Source: Trichosphaerium sp. ATCC 40318
Taxonomy: Eukaryota; Protista; Tubulinea
Direction of reading: 5' to 3'
Assembly (NCBI GenBank): GCA_038496445.1
Contig: JALMLS010000504.1
Span: 132,399-196,398 of the forward strand
Length of the DNA: 64,000 nucleotides
The notes beneath the pieces are model-generated. The model did not search any database. It was not told the DNA's origin and worked only from the letters and a program-made list of their open reading frames with translations. A program made the translations under genes and the position numbers. Each line of letters opens with the position of its first letter. Position 1 is the first letter of the stretch. Positions 61,586 through 64,000 of this stretch are shown here, one piece after another.

Positions 61586-63912
61586 TTACAGTTTGGCCAA
61601 TTCCTTTAGCCTTGTTAAATGTTGTACATCTTGCAGTGGCACGCCCAACGTTTGAATGTGTTTAACATACGCTGTGACATCTAGTTTGAACTGTAGCGTC
61701 ATAAAAGCGATATCGCTTTCAAGTGACGTCTGCTGTAACGATGTCTTGCGTGCCAGCCTCGTTTTCTCGCCAGCAATCTTCTCGACAACGGACGTTCCCA
61801 AGATGGCGTAGCTATCACCTGGTTAAAAAACACTCCAAGAAGAGGTACAGCTTACCTGTGCGTCAGCTCAGAAAGTAGTGGAATGTGAAAGTAATTGGTG
61901 CAGTATGTGTTGTCTGGAAGTACAGGAGCAGCCAACAACCTCGTCCACCTGTGTATAGGTTCAAACGCAGCGTTGACATACGCCATGCATTTTACAGGCT
62001 TTGCCTTTCCTTGCTAAGAAATGTAGGTTAGACCAAAGCTCTTTGGTGGGTGAGTAAGTACCATACGGTAGTGCATGACAGTCATTTTAACCTTTGTCAA
62101 GCTCTTTTGTGCTGTTTTCAAAACTCTTTGTTTGGTGCGCTCCAGCAACCGTTTAATGGCTTCCACCGGTGCACTAACTCCAGCCACTACCTTGCGCGCA
62201 CCGTGTTCCATCTGCGGGTCGATGTTTGCCAGCAGTTTCCCTACTTTATCGGCGTATGTAGTGGATTGGTGTTTGTATAGTGCCGATAGATCTGCGATCA
62301 AGTTATCTGCTGGTGCGCCCGTCTCCTCCGCACAACACCATGTGCTGTACCTGCAATAAAATAAGCATGGCTGACGCACAGTCGGGCTTACCGTTTAATG
62401 ACTTGGATAGCTAGTTTTAAAAAATCGTGTGCAAGTGGTCGAAGAAATAATTTTGGAGACCAAATCTCGTCCAGAAGTGTCACTGTTTGAACGGAGGATG
62501 CCAGTTTGAAGTTGAACAAGTTCTCAGTTGCACGTTTTGGTGCAACAGTTTCAGTGAGCTGTGCAAGACACTTGTCGACCAACTCTTTCTGCACCATCGT
62601 GAAGTACACGCGCAATGGCATCGTCCAACGCTTCATCAAGTTGGTGTAGTGTCCACTTTGTCTGAAAGCCAGCAAGTACTTGTGTTGTTGAGGCAACCGC
62701 GCTTCTAACCCAGAACATAACATCATACACGCAGAGTAATTGGCGTGTATGGCGGCAGGTACTGTTGTTGGAAAAACAATACGGCTAATCGATTGTTCTT
62801 GCAGCGCCTCGACTACAGGCTGGAAAACGCCTAGTGTAACTATTGTTGCCACCAGGCGATTGTGTGATGCCTCTGCTGCGACTGCCAGGAGGCGGCCGAG
62901 TTGTTGGTCCACGTGTTTGAGTAACTGATCCACAAATTGGTCGACAGCACGCGTTCCTCGCAGTTCCTTCGATCTCTTTTGCCACAAAAAATTTAATGAT
63001 AGATTTTTTACAAAAGGACCAAGTGTTCGCACGCACCTCTTTAAGAAAGGAGTCGATGTAGTGGTGTTGTATGACATGTACGAGCGGGTGTGGATCCGTT
63101 GATTGTGCGTGATTGCCATGCGCAAGCATGTACACGGACAGGGCATCCCGTAAGAGTACCTTTTGACCATCGCCATGATCCACCTGGCCTTCCAAAAAAA
63201 CGGGCGCCATTCTCTTTAAAATTCGCGATCGCACGACTTGTAATCGCTACGTGACACGTTAATAATGTACAAGCGTTTGACGTGCGCAGAGACGTTTGCT
63301 AACCTTGTTCATCAAAATCACGAATGCTTCGCTACCCTCCCACTCTTTTACAGATTCTAGCAGGTTCCTCACAGTGACGAGCAAGTTGGCTGCGCCTAGC
63401 AGCGTGTCACATTCTTCTGTTGCGTCTGTAGCACTTTGCTTGAGTAAAAGTGCTTCAAGCTGTTCTGTAGCATTGCATATTGCTTTGTAACGCGTCAAAA
63501 TATCGTTAGAGCGACTACAGCGCTCTGCCACCGCTAGCTTATCAGATAGATCATTCCAGCACTCAGTAACGCCGTCTTCAACTATGTTCGCCTCCTGTTG
63601 TAGCACTAGGAGCTTTGGGCGAATGTGGTGAATTTTTTCAATGATTTTGTCTCGTTCTGCGTGTAAATCTTTAAATAAGTGTAAATTGTCGTGTATGGCA
63701 ACTGCCAAGTCGCTCGAAATCTTTTTCAGCTGTGTGTCGAGATACGACCGCACATAGTCAATAGAGCCTACCCTACTCTGTCCTTCTACAACCTTGTACG
63801 AGTAATCAATGCTTGGTTTGTTTTTGACACGTACAATATTCAAAACGGGCTGGTCGCCTTGTAGTTGTTGGTCTATCCAAAACTCAAATGATTTAAGTGC
63901 CGGTGTCAATTG
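61586..63912 (-). CDS. COG2: Conserved oligomeric Golgi complex subunit 2-like (first exon not resolved)
   Basis: DLAVAIHDNLHLFKDL, LMKRWTMPLRVYF, IWSPKLFLRPLAHDFLKLAIQVIKR, LQFKLDV match the COG2 pattern. Confidence 0.7.
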
Positions 63913-64000
63913 CTGTCATTTGCAATGGACTTGTGAACATTAAGAATTTGCCACCCAAAATCTTAGTATTGTTTTTTCCAGTGTCCTAAATTTGTTTTTT

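Noticed and set aside
1-64000. Alternative genetic code or stop-codon readthrough to explain fragmented ORFs
   Set aside because: In conserved genes the interrupting stops fall within GT/GC-AG introns, and TAA, TAG and TGA all serve as real terminators.

Overview
Compact, AT-rich eukaryotic genome with short (mostly 40-150 nt) spliceosomal introns and the standard genetic code. It is most consistent with a free-living protist, possibly an amoebozoan (inference). The ORF track is fragmented by introns, so gene models were spliced by eye. Conserved genes: AP-1 gamma adaptin, uL23m, TMF1-like golgin, CCR4/CNOT6, RPL21, DOLPP1, Sec2/Rabin8, SPO11-2, a TOPLESS-like protein and COG2. Accessory content: (i) three paralogs of a ~70-aa tandem-repeat family (P.GYW...NQR / L.I..LDDWY / Y.GS...AL..IYP...W). 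One paralog ends in a Vsr/DUF559/RAP-like PD-(D/E)XK nuclease domain, is built from repeated phase-2 exon pairs and lies head-to-head with SPO11-2. This is the best candidate for an undescribed modular nucleic-acid-targeting system. (ii) An inverted duplication carrying two F-box/LRR genes whose differences cluster on the predicted LRR binding face, plus a third paralog cut off at a 5'-truncated LINE. (iii) A receiver + PARP-like + tyrosine-kinase-like fusion gene. (iv) A peroxidase lacking its proximal His, two further kinases and an MRH-like repeat gene. Window-wide oddities: strong CACGTG enrichment, many GC-AG introns (mostly GCACGT donors), one U12-like intron and a structured intronic RNA candidate. 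No rRNA, tRNA or CRISPR array was seen.
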